The notes beneath the pieces are model-generated. The model made no database searches. It was given only the letters and a program-made list of their open reading frames with translations, and was not told the DNA's origin. Positions 35,550 through 45,284 of a stretch of DNA of 46,650 bases are shown piece by piece. Positions within the stretch are counted from its first letter, which is position 1; every line of letters starts with the position of its first letter. The position numbers were made by a program, and so were the translations under genes. Source of the stretch: a virus (lineage: Duplodnaviria > Caudoviricetes); IMG/VR virus record IMGVR_UViG_3300046710_000270, positions 1-46,650 of that record; one strand, 5' to 3'.

Positions 35550-36323
35550 TCAGTCAATCGTCCCTTCCAGGGCTTCGAGCATGCGGCGGATCCGCGCGAT
35601 GTCGCTAATGCGCGCATTCGTGATAGTGACCACCACGGAAACGGCAACTGGTTGGTTAACCGGCTCCTCGAAGATTACTCGAGTAGATTCCCGTGCGCTC
35701 GCGGAGCATTGCTGCTGGCTCTCCGGAGCGGGCTGTTTTCGCTCGAGACGGTTTGTGTTGTTAGCCCCGTCCTCTGCCCCTGCTTCCATCTTCCTAGCCG
35801 CAGGCGGTCTTCCCTCTTCCATCTGGCCCTTCGCCTTCCACACATAGGGCCTTCTTTCCCCGGTCTTCTCGACCAGGCCCTTTTTGAGCAGGGAGTGGAG
35901 CGCGGAAAGAACTCTACTTTTCGTCGCGTCGAACTGCGCGCATATCTCGGATGCACAGCCGCCGTCCGGCTCCTGGCGCAGGTACTCCAGGATGCGCGCC
36001 TTGGTGCTATGATCCCGGTGAGCCGGCTGGAGTCGGGAAATTGCAGTGTTTTTCTTCATTTTGGTCGTCTCCTGCGGCGGCGGAGCCGCCGAATTATTGG
36101 TTGATTGATCATTAATTAATAACGGAGAGTTTGTCTTCATTTCGGCTGTCTCCTTTTCTTCCATCTTCCCAGTGAGCGGTCTTCCCTTTTCCGAGCCGCA
36201 GGCGGTCGGTCTGTACCTATACGCACATTCCGTGCAGACATAAATCGTCCCGCACGAAGTATCCTCATACCATTGCACCTTATGGCAGCGCGGGCATGGC
36301 GTGGATAGCGGATCAAACGGCAT
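35550..36323 (-). CDS. Zn-finger plus winged-helix hypothetical protein
   Basis: CPRC/CTEC; ILEYL...L..L.KKGLVEK; linkers made of repeat elements. Confidence 0.6.
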   Translation of the reverse strand: MPFDPLSTPCPRCHKVQWYEDTSCGTIYVCTECAYRYRPTACGSEKGRPLTGKMEEKETAEMKTNSPLLINDQSTNNSAAPPPQETTKMKKNTAISRLQPAHRDHSTKARILEYLRQEPDGGCASEICAQFDATKSRVLSALHSLLKKGLVEKTGERRPYVWKAKGQMEEGRPPAARKMEAGAEDGANNTNRLERKQPAPESQQQCSASARESTRVIFEEPVNQPVAVSVVVTITNARISDIARIRRMLEALEGTID

Positions 36324-36504
36324 GGGATTGAACCTCCGTCCACTGTATCTTGACCGGCAGACAGGGCACTAAACAAATGTACAGTGCATGGATAAGGATG
36401 CACCCGTCGCCTGTCGTAAACCACTCCGGCTTGGCCACATGTACGCCGACCCAGACATTGCGCAAATCAGCAAATACCGATATTTCGTAATTCCTCAATT
36501 TCAC
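36313..36504 (-). CDS. Hypothetical protein
   Basis: GAGGAG RBS; coupled to the next ORF. Confidence 0.5.
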   Translation of the reverse strand: MKLRNYEISVFADLRNVWVGVHVAKPEWFTTGDGCILIHALYICLVPCLPVKIQWTEVQSHAV

Positions 36505-36515
36505 GTATTCTCTCC

Positions 36516-36914
36516 TCAGCCCTCGCGCCTCGTTCCTCGATCCTGCTCTTCATCGAACTCAAACCTTCCCTGCTGAAATTCTTCCTCCAGGCTGAGGCGG
36601 TCCAGTTTTGCGGCGCGCACCAGGATCATGATCCCGCGATGGCGCAGGCCCTTTACGGCGGTCGTTCTTTCTTCTCTGTTCGCGGGCAGGTAAAAGCCCG
36701 TGGGTTGGTCTACGGCCGTGGCGATGCTGATGTTATGGTGCATGATCAGATGACGTACTACCTGGCGGATCCTGCGTTCAGGCTCGCCGACCATGTGCGC
36801 TAGCCAGGCCGCACCGACCGCGTGATCGCGCCCGTGCCCGAGCAACCCCCAGATCGTCTGCTCCTCAACGGTCATGCGCGGGCCATCGAAATCAAGTGCA
36901 AGTTGATCGCCCAT
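36516..36914 (-). CDS. HTH-containing hypothetical protein
   Basis: ERRIRQVVRHL...GFY pattern. Confidence 0.65.
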   Translation of the reverse strand: MGDQLALDFDGPRMTVEEQTIWGLLGHGRDHAVGAAWLAHMVGEPERRIRQVVRHLIMHHNISIATAVDQPTGFYLPANREERTTAVKGLRHRGIMILVRAAKLDRLSLEEEFQQGRFEFDEEQDRGTRREG

Positions 36915-36951
36915 GTCTCTCCGTGCTATGTGTCACGAGGTCTGTTGCCCG

Positions 36952-37605
36952 TTAGTCCTCATCTGCGCCCAGGTCGTCGAACAGCACTGGAATTTCAGCC
37001 TTAAAGCCCTTAAGCATATCGAGGGCGAGGTCTCTCATCTGCGGATGGGCGGCCTTGTTGCAGCGCAACGTGAAGAAGTGTCGCCACTCTCTGGCATTAG
37101 CCGTCATCACTATTTCGGTTTTAAGAGAGTTGGGCAGCACAGATCGAGCCTGCTGAGGATGCCATCCTTTTTCCAAAAGGTTTTTGTAGCTCTTTTCGCA
37201 GTCGAGCATGGACCAAAACCAAACAAACTCGGTCTGGCTGAGCTGGCCCCAACTATCGTAGGCATACTCTCCCGGAGGGATCTCCGTCCAGGCGGGTAAA
37301 ATAAAGGTCACTCCGCCCTTATAATTGCAGTATCGTGTGGACTCCTGGGAATAGGACGCGAGCCGATGCCTCACGATCTCATGTGTTACGCCCCGGTCTG
37401 TGATGATCCGGACAGTGACGCTCGGATGCTCGATCACTGAATGGTGTCCGGAGGACAATATCCTTTTGACGAAGGTCTTTGCAGAATCCGGAGTCATTTT
37501 GTTTTCCGACTTATAACATGTGCGGCCGGCCCGCTCGATGAGCGAGAGAACACTATCCCCATCTGGTATCGTCAAAAACTGCCATGACTGTTTCAGCAAT
37601 ATCAT
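36952..37605 (-). CDS. thyX: FAD-dependent thymidylate synthase
   Basis: GH.SVIEH; RHRLASYSQESTRY signature; ARSVLP; WRHFFTLR...AHPQMR. Confidence 0.96.
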   Translation of the reverse strand: MILLKQSWQFLTIPDGDSVLSLIERAGRTCYKSENKMTPDSAKTFVKRILSSGHHSVIEHPSVTVRIITDRGVTHEIVRHRLASYSQESTRYCNYKGGVTFILPAWTEIPPGEYAYDSWGQLSQTEFVWFWSMLDCEKSYKNLLEKGWHPQQARSVLPNSLKTEIVMTANAREWRHFFTLRCNKAAHPQMRDLALDMLKGFKAEIPVLFDDLGADED

Positions 37606-37618
37606 TTAAGCCTCCTAA

Positions 37619-37879
37619 TTATGTCCTCACTGTCTTGCTCACCACGTCACCGCCGCTGTGATGACCGCTGCTGCGGTCCAGTAGATTGCCCGGCGCGCAT
37701 CGCCACAGCAGGCGTAAACGACTGCCGCGCCGACGCTCAGAACCACCATCGTACAGGGAAAAAGCCTGGTCATTTCGTGAACTCCGTCCGGTCAGGCGTG
37801 CTGCCGACCTTGAGCACGAGAGCGTGAAAAGGACTGTACAAATGTATAGTGTTATTATTATCAGTATTCTCCAGGTCAT
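37619..37879 (-). CDS. Hypothetical membrane protein
   Basis: N-terminal hydrophobic stretch; ATGA coupling. Confidence 0.4.
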   Translation of the reverse strand: MTWRILIIITLYICTVLFTLSCSRSAARLTGRSSRNDQAFSLYDGGSERRRGSRLRLLWRCAPGNLLDRSSGHHSGGDVVSKTVRT

Positions 37880-38535
37880 AGAAAGTCCCCCAGGTGGGCC
37901 GCGTCTCCGGCGAGGATGGCGACGAACCAGAACTTATCGACCTTGCGCAGGTCGATGATGCCGATGTTATTAATGATGAAGGCCTTGATGTCCTTCTCCT
38001 TGATGAGCCATTCGTCGCCGCCCTGCTGCGACGTGCGGTCGGTGCCGCGCCGTGAGGCCTTGAGCAGGCCCTGGCGGATCCACTGATCCGCAACCGTGGA
38101 GGGATCGACGCCGAAGCATTCAGCCACGACCCGGGCAGAACCCTTGACGCACTGTTTTTTAAATCTCATGCGCACCAGCTTTACGTGGATCCCGTTGAAC
38201 GAGCGGATAAATCCGCTCGCCTTGAGCTTTTCCTGGATGGTCTTGGCCGTATAGTGTGCGTTCAGCTCAAGGATATGCAGTTCCCGGGATGACCAGGGCA
38301 GCTCTTTGATGCGCGGCTGATAAGCCCCAAGCTCGCGGGCGCGGTGCGAGACCCTCCAGCGGGGCAGGCCGAGCGCGCGGGCGAGATTCCGGATCGCCGG
38401 GGCACGCCAGTCGCGCGGCTTGATCTCCCGGTACACGCGCAGGATAGCCGCGTCCATGGCGGGCGTGAAAGTCGAACGGGGGCGCGCCTGCGACGCTGTC
38501 GAGCCGTCGAGTTGTTGAGCGGTTGATCCGTTCAT
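37876..38535 (-). CDS. HTH-containing DNA-binding protein
   Basis: Several HTH-like segments; coupled on both sides. Confidence 0.65.
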   Translation of the reverse strand: MNGSTAQQLDGSTASQARPRSTFTPAMDAAILRVYREIKPRDWRAPAIRNLARALGLPRWRVSHRARELGAYQPRIKELPWSSRELHILELNAHYTAKTIQEKLKASGFIRSFNGIHVKLVRMRFKKQCVKGSARVVAECFGVDPSTVADQWIRQGLLKASRRGTDRTSQQGGDEWLIKEKDIKAFIINNIGIIDLRKVDKFWFVAILAGDAAHLGDFL

Positions 38536-38777
38536 GCGTTTTCTGCCTTGGCTTCGAACCTATCACACGTGTGGTCCGACTGCAGCACGTGCCCGGCGCC
38601 GAGGATCTGGCACCGGTACGCCTGGCCGAGAGACCTGCCGTCGGGATCGTGGATATCCACCCATACGCGGTTTTTGCACCAAAGACACGACCCGGCATTC
38701 GCCTTCCGGTAGTTCCACGCCCGCCTCACGCTGTCGTTCGTCATACGATGCAACTGATTGCCATTCGTGCCTGCCAT
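38532..38777 (-). CDS. Cys-rich hypothetical protein
   Basis: CLWC...C...CD; ATG after GGAGG. Confidence 0.6.
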   Translation of the reverse strand: MAGTNGNQLHRMTNDSVRRAWNYRKANAGSCLWCKNRVWVDIHDPDGRSLGQAYRCQILGAGHVLQSDHTCDRFEAKAENA

Positions 38778-38793
38778 GAGCCACCTCCGGTGA

Positions 38794-38901
38794 AAATTCC
38801 AAATCCCAAGCACCAAATCCTAAACAATATCAAAATATTCAATTTCCGAAATTTGAGAACTGGATATTGTTTGGGATTTCGATATTAGGATTTCGGATTT
38901 G
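38794..38901. repeat. AAATCC/GGATTT long imperfect inverted repeat element
   Basis: AAATCCTAAACAATATC ... GATATTGTTTGGGATTT arms. Confidence 0.8.
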
Positions 38902-38908
38902 CTCTTCA

Positions 38909-39445
38909 TTATGCTGCTTCCTCCGCCTCTTCCGCTTTTTCCTTCTTCTCGGCGAGGTACTTTTTGACCAGCTTATCGACGACCGAATCGACCGGCTTGA
39001 TGAATGGCACGTCGCCCGTGTCTTCCGCCGTGACGCCGATGCTCTTCAGCTCCGCAACCGTGAGCGCGTCCAGCGCCTTTACGCGGGGCTTCTCGGTTGT
39101 TTTGATGAGCAGATCCACCTGCTCCGGGAAGTGTTTCTTGATGAGGCGGATGACGAGCTCGTCATCTTCCCAGTCAAGCTTCCCGCTGCCCTTCCTGAGC
39201 CCGACCTTGATCCCGCTGATGATGATCGATCTCGGGCTCTTGAATAGTTCTCTGCTGCCCTCGATCGCATTGCTCAAATTCAACTCGCGCTGCTTCGCCA
39301 GGCCCACCTGGACCTTGAGGCCCGGCAGAAATTGCCTGGTCAGGGCATTGATCTGATCGTCCAGGTTCTGCAGCGTCTCGGCCAACTTCGACCGGGCGTC
39401 GGCATAAGATTTGGTTAAAACCTCAATTTCGGCTAGGGAAGACAT
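38909..39445 (-). CDS. gam: Host-nuclease inhibitor Gam
   Basis: LF..PRS....GIKVGLRKG.GKL; LIKTTEKP...AL. Confidence 0.85.
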   Translation of the reverse strand: MSSLAEIEVLTKSYADARSKLAETLQNLDDQINALTRQFLPGLKVQVGLAKQRELNLSNAIEGSRELFKSPRSIIISGIKVGLRKGSGKLDWEDDELVIRLIKKHFPEQVDLLIKTTEKPRVKALDALTVAELKSIGVTAEDTGDVPFIKPVDSVVDKLVKKYLAEKKEKAEEAEEAA

Positions 39446-39845
39446 ACAGCCACCTCCTCTTTTCGTAGAACAAGTTTTCAGTTTCCGGTCGACGGTTGAC
39501 GGTTTTGGCCCGCGCCGGAACCGGCAGCAGCGCCCTCATGATCATCGTCCGGTTTCTCTTCCAGAAATCGCCTTTGTACCCGGACCGCGCGATCGCCGCG
39601 ATCAATCGGTAGCTTCTCAGCAATCCAGGCCCGCCTTCGGGCACGTAGCCGCGACCTTGCTGTCTCGGACGGGACTGCTCGAACCTCGTGAAGTCCCACC
39701 CCGCCGGGACGTCCGCCGGTCGGTATGCGCGCCTGGATTCCGGTCCGGGTAATCGACCACACTGCGTCTTCTTGACCGCGTCGCGGATCACGAGCGCGAT
39801 CACCATCACCGCCAAAACCATTGCCCACAATTGAACAGGTGTCAT
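39423..39845 (-). CDS. Hypothetical membrane protein
   Basis: N-terminal TM segment; ATGA coupling. Confidence 0.45.
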   Translation of the reverse strand: MTPVQLWAMVLAVMVIALVIRDAVKKTQCGRLPGPESRRAYRPADVPAGWDFTRFEQSRPRQQGRGYVPEGGPGLLRSYRLIAAIARSGYKGDFWKRNRTMIMRALLPVPARAKTVNRRPETENLFYEKRRWLYVFPSRN

Positions 39846-40066
39846 TGTGTGCCTCCTTTTGGCGCGAGCGGACAGGTGCCGCATTTGTGCGGGTGCCGGA
39901 AAGACTCGACCGTGCACACGCCGAGATTGATTTTGCCCTTGCGCGCCAGACAATAAATAAAGTCAGTCATTTGCGCCCTGCGGGCGCCGTGATTCGCTGA
40001 TGCGTTAACGGACTTGGTCGTATCAACGTGTAATCCGTCAACGTGCAACGGCCGTTGGCCCCTCAT
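39842..40066 (-). CDS. Small Cys-rich protein
   Basis: ATGA overlap with the ATPase stop; C...C...CGTC; alternative internal start MTDF. Confidence 0.45.
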   Translation of the reverse strand: MRGQRPLHVDGLHVDTTKSVNASANHGARRAQMTDFIYCLARKGKINLGVCTVESFRHPHKCGTCPLAPKGGTQ

Positions 40067-41352
40067 AACGCCCTCACTACTTCTTCCGTCACGCACGCTT
40101 CCCCCATCTCGCACGCGAGATTCATTGCCCTGGCCGCGTAGTTGTTGACCTGGCCGGGCGTGGCGAGGCTGATGGGGTCGCCGGTGCGTCCGTCCTTGTC
40201 CGATAAGCGTTTGCCGAGCATCACGATCGCGTCGTGCGTGAAGACGTTCGTGATGTCCGCGCCCGTGCGCTTGAATTTAAAAGTCAGGTACGATTCGATA
40301 TTGCCGTTGAGTCCCTTGATCTCGGCGATCTGAATGCGGCGGACCGCCTCGCGCATGTGTGGATAGGCCTCGTCATCCAGCTTCTCTTTCAGCTCGCCCT
40401 GGCCGATCAGGATGATGCCGAGGAGCTTCGTATAGCCGTCCTCCAGCTCATAAAACCTTTTGAGCAGCTTGATCACCTGGAAGGTGAGATCGTGCGCTTC
40501 TTCGATCATCATCACGTGACGCAGCCCCTGCTTGTGGCGGCTGAGCAGGAGACGGTGCACCTGGCGACTCTTGCCCTCCAGGTTCATGAGCGGCTTCTCC
40601 CCGGATATGTCGTGGATGATGGCGACGCACAGGGAAGAGGCCGTGACGCGGTTCTTGTCGAAGATCTGCGGGTAAATAATGCGTATCTTGCCTTCGCGCT
40701 GGAGAGCAAGGGCGACCTTGCGCCGGATGACGGACTTGCCTGACTGCACCTCGCCGATTACGGCCAGAAAACCCTGGTGCTTGGCTGCGTCGAGCATTGC
40801 GGCCTCGATGTAGCGGTGGTCCTCTGACATGAAGACGTCTTTGTCATCCAGGACATCATTGACAAATGGACTGCGGAATAGCTTAAAATGGCGTTTCGTC
40901 GGTTCGTTGATCATAGTCACCTCGTATGCATTGATTTTCTCTCCGTTTCTCCCTCTCCACTCGGGGGAGAGGGCAGGGGTGAGGGTCAAAGGGTCGCCCG
41001 GCTGCATGGGTCTGATTTTCCTCGTGGCGCCTGTGCGGGCATGTGCGCCCACGGGCATCGTCCTGCCGCAGTCCTTACTGAGCGGCATCCAGATCCGATC
41101 GAGCTTTATGCGCCGTTCGGCCATCCACCGGATGGCGGCCGCGTTCTTGCGGATCTTCTCCTCGACCAGGTGCTTGAACTCCGGATTATCGATGGGCGAA
41201 TACGGGTAATGGTTCAGCACCAGATTGACCGTGACTCGCTTCACACCGGTACCCTCGGCGAGCGCTCCCTGGGTGATGTCGCACTCCGCGGCGAGCTGCT
41301 TCAGGATGATCGGCTTGCGTTTCATGGCGTAGACCGCTGCGGGATGTCCCAC
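40063..41352 (-). CDS. Transposition ATPase (ExeA-type, MuB analogue) with N-terminal HTH
   Basis: GEVQSGKS, IEEAHDL and ILIGQ.EL motifs. Confidence 0.9.
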   Translation of the reverse strand: MGHPAAVYAMKRKPIILKQLAAECDITQGALAEGTGVKRVTVNLVLNHYPYSPIDNPEFKHLVEEKIRKNAAAIRWMAERRIKLDRIWMPLSKDCGRTMPVGAHARTGATRKIRPMQPGDPLTLTPALSPEWRGRNGEKINAYEVTMINEPTKRHFKLFRSPFVNDVLDDKDVFMSEDHRYIEAAMLDAAKHQGFLAVIGEVQSGKSVIRRKVALALQREGKIRIIYPQIFDKNRVTASSLCVAIIHDISGEKPLMNLEGKSRQVHRLLLSRHKQGLRHVMMIEEAHDLTFQVIKLLKRFYELEDGYTKLLGIILIGQGELKEKLDDEAYPHMREAVRRIQIAEIKGLNGNIESYLTFKFKRTGADITNVFTHDAIVMLGKRLSDKDGRTGDPISLATPGQVNNYAARAMNLACEMGEACVTEEVVRAL

Positions 41353-41370
41353 AATATCACCTCCTTCTTC

Positions 41371-43116
41371 TCAAGCGTTTCGCGGCAGGGCCGCAGTCTC
41401 TTCGCTGTGGCCGCTGCTTCCCTCTTCCCTCTTCCATCTTCCATCTTCGATTTCTCGGATCACTTCGTCCGCCCTCGTCGCGTCGATCCACTCCCCGAGC
41501 TCGGCGCGCAGGGCTTGGTTCATCTCGGGTGTGACGCGCCCGGTGCGGTGGATCAGGTCTTTCAGGAAAAGTGTAAAAGGGATCTGGCGGGCCGCTATCG
41601 AGCGGTCCACCTCGATGGGCGTGCCCTTGCGCGGCATATACTCCGCGTCGACCGTGTCCGCGTGGTGGCCGAAGACGCGCAGGCCCTCGAAGGGGACGGC
41701 ATCTTTAGGCCGCTTTCCGTTCTCGTCGGGCTCGCCGTAAGCCATGGTATCGAACTCCTTGACGGCCTTCTGTGTCAGGCTCTCCGGCTGCGCCTTGTAT
41801 TCCTGGCCGATGATGGCCGCGTTCGCGTTATAGACGCCTTCTTCGCGCGGGAGAAGCCGGACGGGCTGCGCCTCATACGTTTCGTCGTTGTAACGCACGC
41901 CTATCGCTTCCGGGGTATAGGGCTTGATGATGATTTGCACCCGCGAGCGGCCGGGCAGAACCCCGGGCACGTGCTTGAGGCTGAAATAATCGCCTTTATA
42001 ATGGATCGCATACTCGCGGTCGACCGTGCGCACCATCTCATCGTCAGTGTAAGAGAGAAGCTCGTTGAGCAACTCGCGGTCGGGCAGTTCGCGGAGCTGC
42101 TCGGCACGGATCAGCAGCCAGCAGGCCGTGCGCGTCATCTTGTGGCGTCGGTGAACCCGCTCGGCGTTATGGCGTACCATGTAGTCTTCGGCCCAGGCAT
42201 TGAGATCCGCCTCCGTGTGCGCCGGCTGGATCCGCAGGCCCGATTCGAACCAACCCTCGATAACGTCATGTATGGTCTCGACCGCGCCCTGCCGTGATGC
42301 GTTATAGGGGTTGCCCTTGGGTACGTCGACTTCGAGCCGTGAAAGGAAGCTCACGATGGCGCGAGATATGTTTGCCGAGCCCGCGTCCATCAAGAGGATG
42401 AGGGGCACGCCGCGGAACGGATAGCGCGCGTCCTCTTTCCTGCCCCAGGCGCGGCACACGAAGTCGAAGAGATTGAGCATCGTCTCGCCCGTGGTGTTGT
42501 AATAGCGCCAGTAGATGGCCCCGGAGAAATGATCCACGAGGGCGTAGCGGAGCAGGCGGGTTTTTATTTTAGCGAAGTTCGCGGGCTTGTTTTTGTAGTA
42601 GTCGCGCTCGTCCATCATGGCCAGGCGCTGACCTCGCTTGCCATCCCGCAGGTAGTATTGAATACATACGGAAGCGTCGAGGACGTGCACGTGATTGGGA
42701 TGGAGCGAGCGCATGGGGGTGTAAGGTCGGTCGGCCTTAAGGGCGGCGGCGGTGATCTGCCGCTCGCGCAAAAGCCCGTGCATGCGAGACGTCGATATCT
42801 GGCCGGGCTCGATGATGCCGCTATCGGCGGCGATTTCGAGGGCGCGGGCCACGGGCATGATCGGCCCCTTAACCTCGCGTCTCGTCTCGTGGATCAGGCC
42901 GGCGACAAACTTCATCTGCTCGACGTTGATGCCGGACTTGAGCGTACCCTTATCGGCGCGGGGCTTGCGGCCGGAGTCAAAGCCACACTCTTTGGCGAGG
43001 CGATAGAGGTGCGTGCGCGATATTCCGGTGAGGCCGGCATACGTCGAGATGATTGCCGAACGGTCGGGCGGAGCCGCGGTTGTAAGCTCGTGGGTCATCT
43101 CTTCGCGCCAGGGCAT
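41371..43116 (-). CDS. DDE transposase (B3-like)
   Basis: RKPRADKG, HPNHVHVLDAS, VDHFSG, GVP...MD.GSAN and GAVE motifs. Confidence 0.92.
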   Translation of the reverse strand: MPWREEMTHELTTAAPPDRSAIISTYAGLTGISRTHLYRLAKECGFDSGRKPRADKGTLKSGINVEQMKFVAGLIHETRREVKGPIMPVARALEIAADSGIIEPGQISTSRMHGLLRERQITAAALKADRPYTPMRSLHPNHVHVLDASVCIQYYLRDGKRGQRLAMMDERDYYKNKPANFAKIKTRLLRYALVDHFSGAIYWRYYNTTGETMLNLFDFVCRAWGRKEDARYPFRGVPLILLMDAGSANISRAIVSFLSRLEVDVPKGNPYNASRQGAVETIHDVIEGWFESGLRIQPAHTEADLNAWAEDYMVRHNAERVHRRHKMTRTACWLLIRAEQLRELPDRELLNELLSYTDDEMVRTVDREYAIHYKGDYFSLKHVPGVLPGRSRVQIIIKPYTPEAIGVRYNDETYEAQPVRLLPREEGVYNANAAIIGQEYKAQPESLTQKAVKEFDTMAYGEPDENGKRPKDAVPFEGLRVFGHHADTVDAEYMPRKGTPIEVDRSIAARQIPFTLFLKDLIHRTGRVTPEMNQALRAELGEWIDATRADEVIREIEDGRWKREEGSSGHSEETAALPRNA

Positions 43117-43117
43117 C

Positions 43118-44098
43118 TCACACCACCGAGAAAGGAAACTGGCCTATGGCGGAGAGTAGGGGAAGGGGCGCGGACCCGACGTTCTCGCCCGGCTGGTGCC
43201 AGATGACCTCCTCGGGCATAGTCACCGGGTCGCCGAACTTTTCAATGGCGCCATCCCAGGCGGCGAGCATCTGCATCTTCATATATTGAAGGGCCGAGAC
43301 GTAGGCCGCTTTCATCCGGTCGTTCGGCTGCGGGTTCGCGTCTCTCTGTAACTCGCGGACGCCATCGGGCTCCATCTGCAGCATCCAGCCATCGAAGGAT
43401 TTTTTCAGGGCCTCCATGCGGAGAATGAATTTCTCTTCGTGATCGGCCCGCTTCGGCCATCTGAGTGTGTGAATCTCTTCTTCGAGGGTTTCGATCTTCT
43501 TGTCGCGCTCGGTGAGCGCGAGGATGCCTTGCTCGACCTGTTTGTTGCGGCCGCGCAAGCGGTCCCGGACTTCCTTCACGGGCAGCGCGTCAATCTCATC
43601 CATGGTGAGGCCGCGCAGCTCGCCGGTCTCCTCGAATTCGCGGAGCTCCTCGTCAGGGATTTCGAGGAGGGCGTAGAGTTTGCCGATCCCTTTTTTGAGG
43701 TCTTGAAAAACCAAATGTGTCACGCGTGTCACATTTGCGAATTTGCGGGCAATGGCCATAAAGCGCGCGGCCGTCCTATAATCGACGCCAAGTTCATCCT
43801 CGACTAAGGGGATGAATTTGCCGTGAGGCTCCTTCGCTCTGAGGGCAAGAAATCGTTTCCCTGTCTCGATGATGCCGTGGGCCGTCTGGTTCATATAGAA
43901 GCGGATCTCGTTTACGACTCGGTCGCGGTCGTAGGGCAACCCCCCGAGCAGGGAGAGAAAGGCGTCCTCTTTTTTCTTGGCCTCCGCTTCCCCTGTCAAA
44001 CGTTTCGTTTCGTCGTCTCTGCGGCGCTCTTCCTCGAAAATGTCAGCGGTTTTGTCATCCTGCAGGGTGTGCCCGATCTCGGCTCTTCGCTTATTCAT
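43118..44098 (-). CDS. DUF3102-like protein
   Basis: G..FL.LR.KEPHG.F...RTAARFM..ARKF; typical position upstream of the transposase. Confidence 0.75.
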   Translation of the reverse strand: MNKRRAEIGHTLQDDKTADIFEEERRRDDETKRLTGEAEAKKKEDAFLSLLGGLPYDRDRVVNEIRFYMNQTAHGIIETGKRFLALRAKEPHGKFIPLVEDELGVDYRTAARFMAIARKFANVTRVTHLVFQDLKKGIGKLYALLEIPDEELREFEETGELRGLTMDEIDALPVKEVRDRLRGRNKQVEQGILALTERDKKIETLEEEIHTLRWPKRADHEEKFILRMEALKKSFDGWMLQMEPDGVRELQRDANPQPNDRMKAAYVSALQYMKMQMLAAWDGAIEKFGDPVTMPEEVIWHQPGENVGSAPLPLLSAIGQFPFSVV

Positions 44099-44423
44099 TG
44101 TTCTCCTCCAGGGATGTTATTTTCTGTTCCAATTGGTCTCGTTGCGCCATGAGGGACGCGCGCTTGCGGGCCCGCAGCAGCGCAAGGCCCATGCCGAGCT
44201 CGAACTTATTGCCTATCTCCTCGAGAAACCCCAGCTCCTCCAGGGTGGCGCAGAGACGAAAGGCCTTGTTGGGCGTGAGATCCATCCGGCGGGCGATCTC
44301 CTCGGAGCCGAGCGGCTCGCGGGAGTTGGCGATCACTTTAAGGATCTCCCCGCCCTGAAACAGGGTATCAACGCGGTACCGGTTGGTGGGGTTGGCGTGC
44401 TCGTAGCGGGGTGCGTCTTCCAT
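44091..44423 (-). CDS. IclR-like HTH protein
   Basis: EIARRMDLT.NKAFRLCATLEELGF. Confidence 0.8.
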   Translation of the reverse strand: MEDAPRYEHANPTNRYRVDTLFQGGEILKVIANSREPLGSEEIARRMDLTPNKAFRLCATLEELGFLEEIGNKFELGMGLALLRARKRASLMAQRDQLEQKITSLEENNE

Positions 44424-44433
44424 GGGCAGCTCC

Positions 44434-44880
44434 TTACAGTTTTGTCTTTATGCCTAATTCCTGTTCCAGGCGAGCGATTTCGCCGAGCAGGCGGGCCTTG
44501 TTCTGATTCATTTTTGCGAGCTTGACATACTTACTGTCCTCGGGATCCACGGCCTCACAGCCGAGAGGGGCGAGGAGCACGCGGAAGGGCTCAAGGCTGC
44601 CCGTGACCGCGCAAAAGGCCGCGAGGTCCTTGGCCTTGAAGTCATAGTCGGTATTGGATGAGATGTATTTGTCGAGCATGTCCTTCGAAAGGTTGTGGCG
44701 TGTGAGCTCGCTGATCTTCGCGGCCACCTGGTAGCGTGAGTCGCGGCAGGAGGCTAGCGCCCTGGACAGGGCGTCGCGCAGGGCCAGATCCACGTCGAGC
44801 GCGCCTTCCGCTATCTCGATGTCAAAGAGGCTGCCTTGTTTTGATAACCCGCTGTGCAACTCTTTTTTCTTATTTGACAT
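44434..44880 (-). CDS. Phage regulatory protein (CII-like)
   Basis: SRYQVAA.ISEL...SKDMLDKY; AFC.VTG. Confidence 0.6.
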   Translation of the reverse strand: MSNKKKELHSGLSKQGSLFDIEIAEGALDVDLALRDALSRALASCRDSRYQVAAKISELTRHNLSKDMLDKYISSNTDYDFKAKDLAAFCAVTGSLEPFRVLLAPLGCEAVDPEDSKYVKLAKMNQNKARLLGEIARLEQELGIKTKL

Positions 44881-44976
44881 TGCAACCCTCCTGGAGGTCT
44901 GCTACAATCAAAGTAACTTTGGTGGATGGGGTGATGGCGAGGGTGATGGTGAACGGGCGGAGCGGTTGGAGCCCCA

Positions 44977-45204
44977 TTATGCGGCCTTCTTGGACTTGAT
45001 TTTGTCTATCTCTTCCCAGATGGAGTACGGGAGGTCCAGGGCGTCACAGATGCCCCGGCGGATCGCGGCGTTCCGCACGCGACCGCCGAGTACCTCATAT
45101 AGATGTTGGCGGCTCTTGAGCCCCAGTGAGCGTGCTATTTCTGCCCCGGAGAGGTCTTTCTCAATCATCCGGGTGGCTATCCACTTTCGGGCTGGGCTTT
45201 TCAT
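44977..45204 (-). CDS. Ner/Cro-like HTH regulator
   Basis: HTH; divergent from the repressor; AAGGAGGT RBS. Confidence 0.8.
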   Translation of the reverse strand: MKSPARKWIATRMIEKDLSGAEIARSLGLKSRQHLYEVLGGRVRNAAIRRGICDALDLPYSIWEEIDKIKSKKAA

Positions 45205-45223
45205 GAAAATTACCTCCTTAGCA

Positions 45224-45252
45224 ATATTATCGGTATGATGACTGCTTGTCAA
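45224..45252 (-). promoter_or_regulatory. Putative sigma70 early promoter
   Basis: TTGACA-N17-TAATAT on the minus strand; overlaps the GCTTGTCAAGC palindrome. Confidence 0.6.
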
Positions 45253-45284
45253 GCATTATTTTCCGTATAAGAAAACTAATTTAG

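Noticed and set aside
38820-38822. In-frame TAG between a coupled ATG at 38909 and the ORF ending at 38532, as pyrrolysine or read-through
   Set aside because: The upstream peptide is repeat-derived and the downstream gene has its own GGAGG-ATG at 38777.
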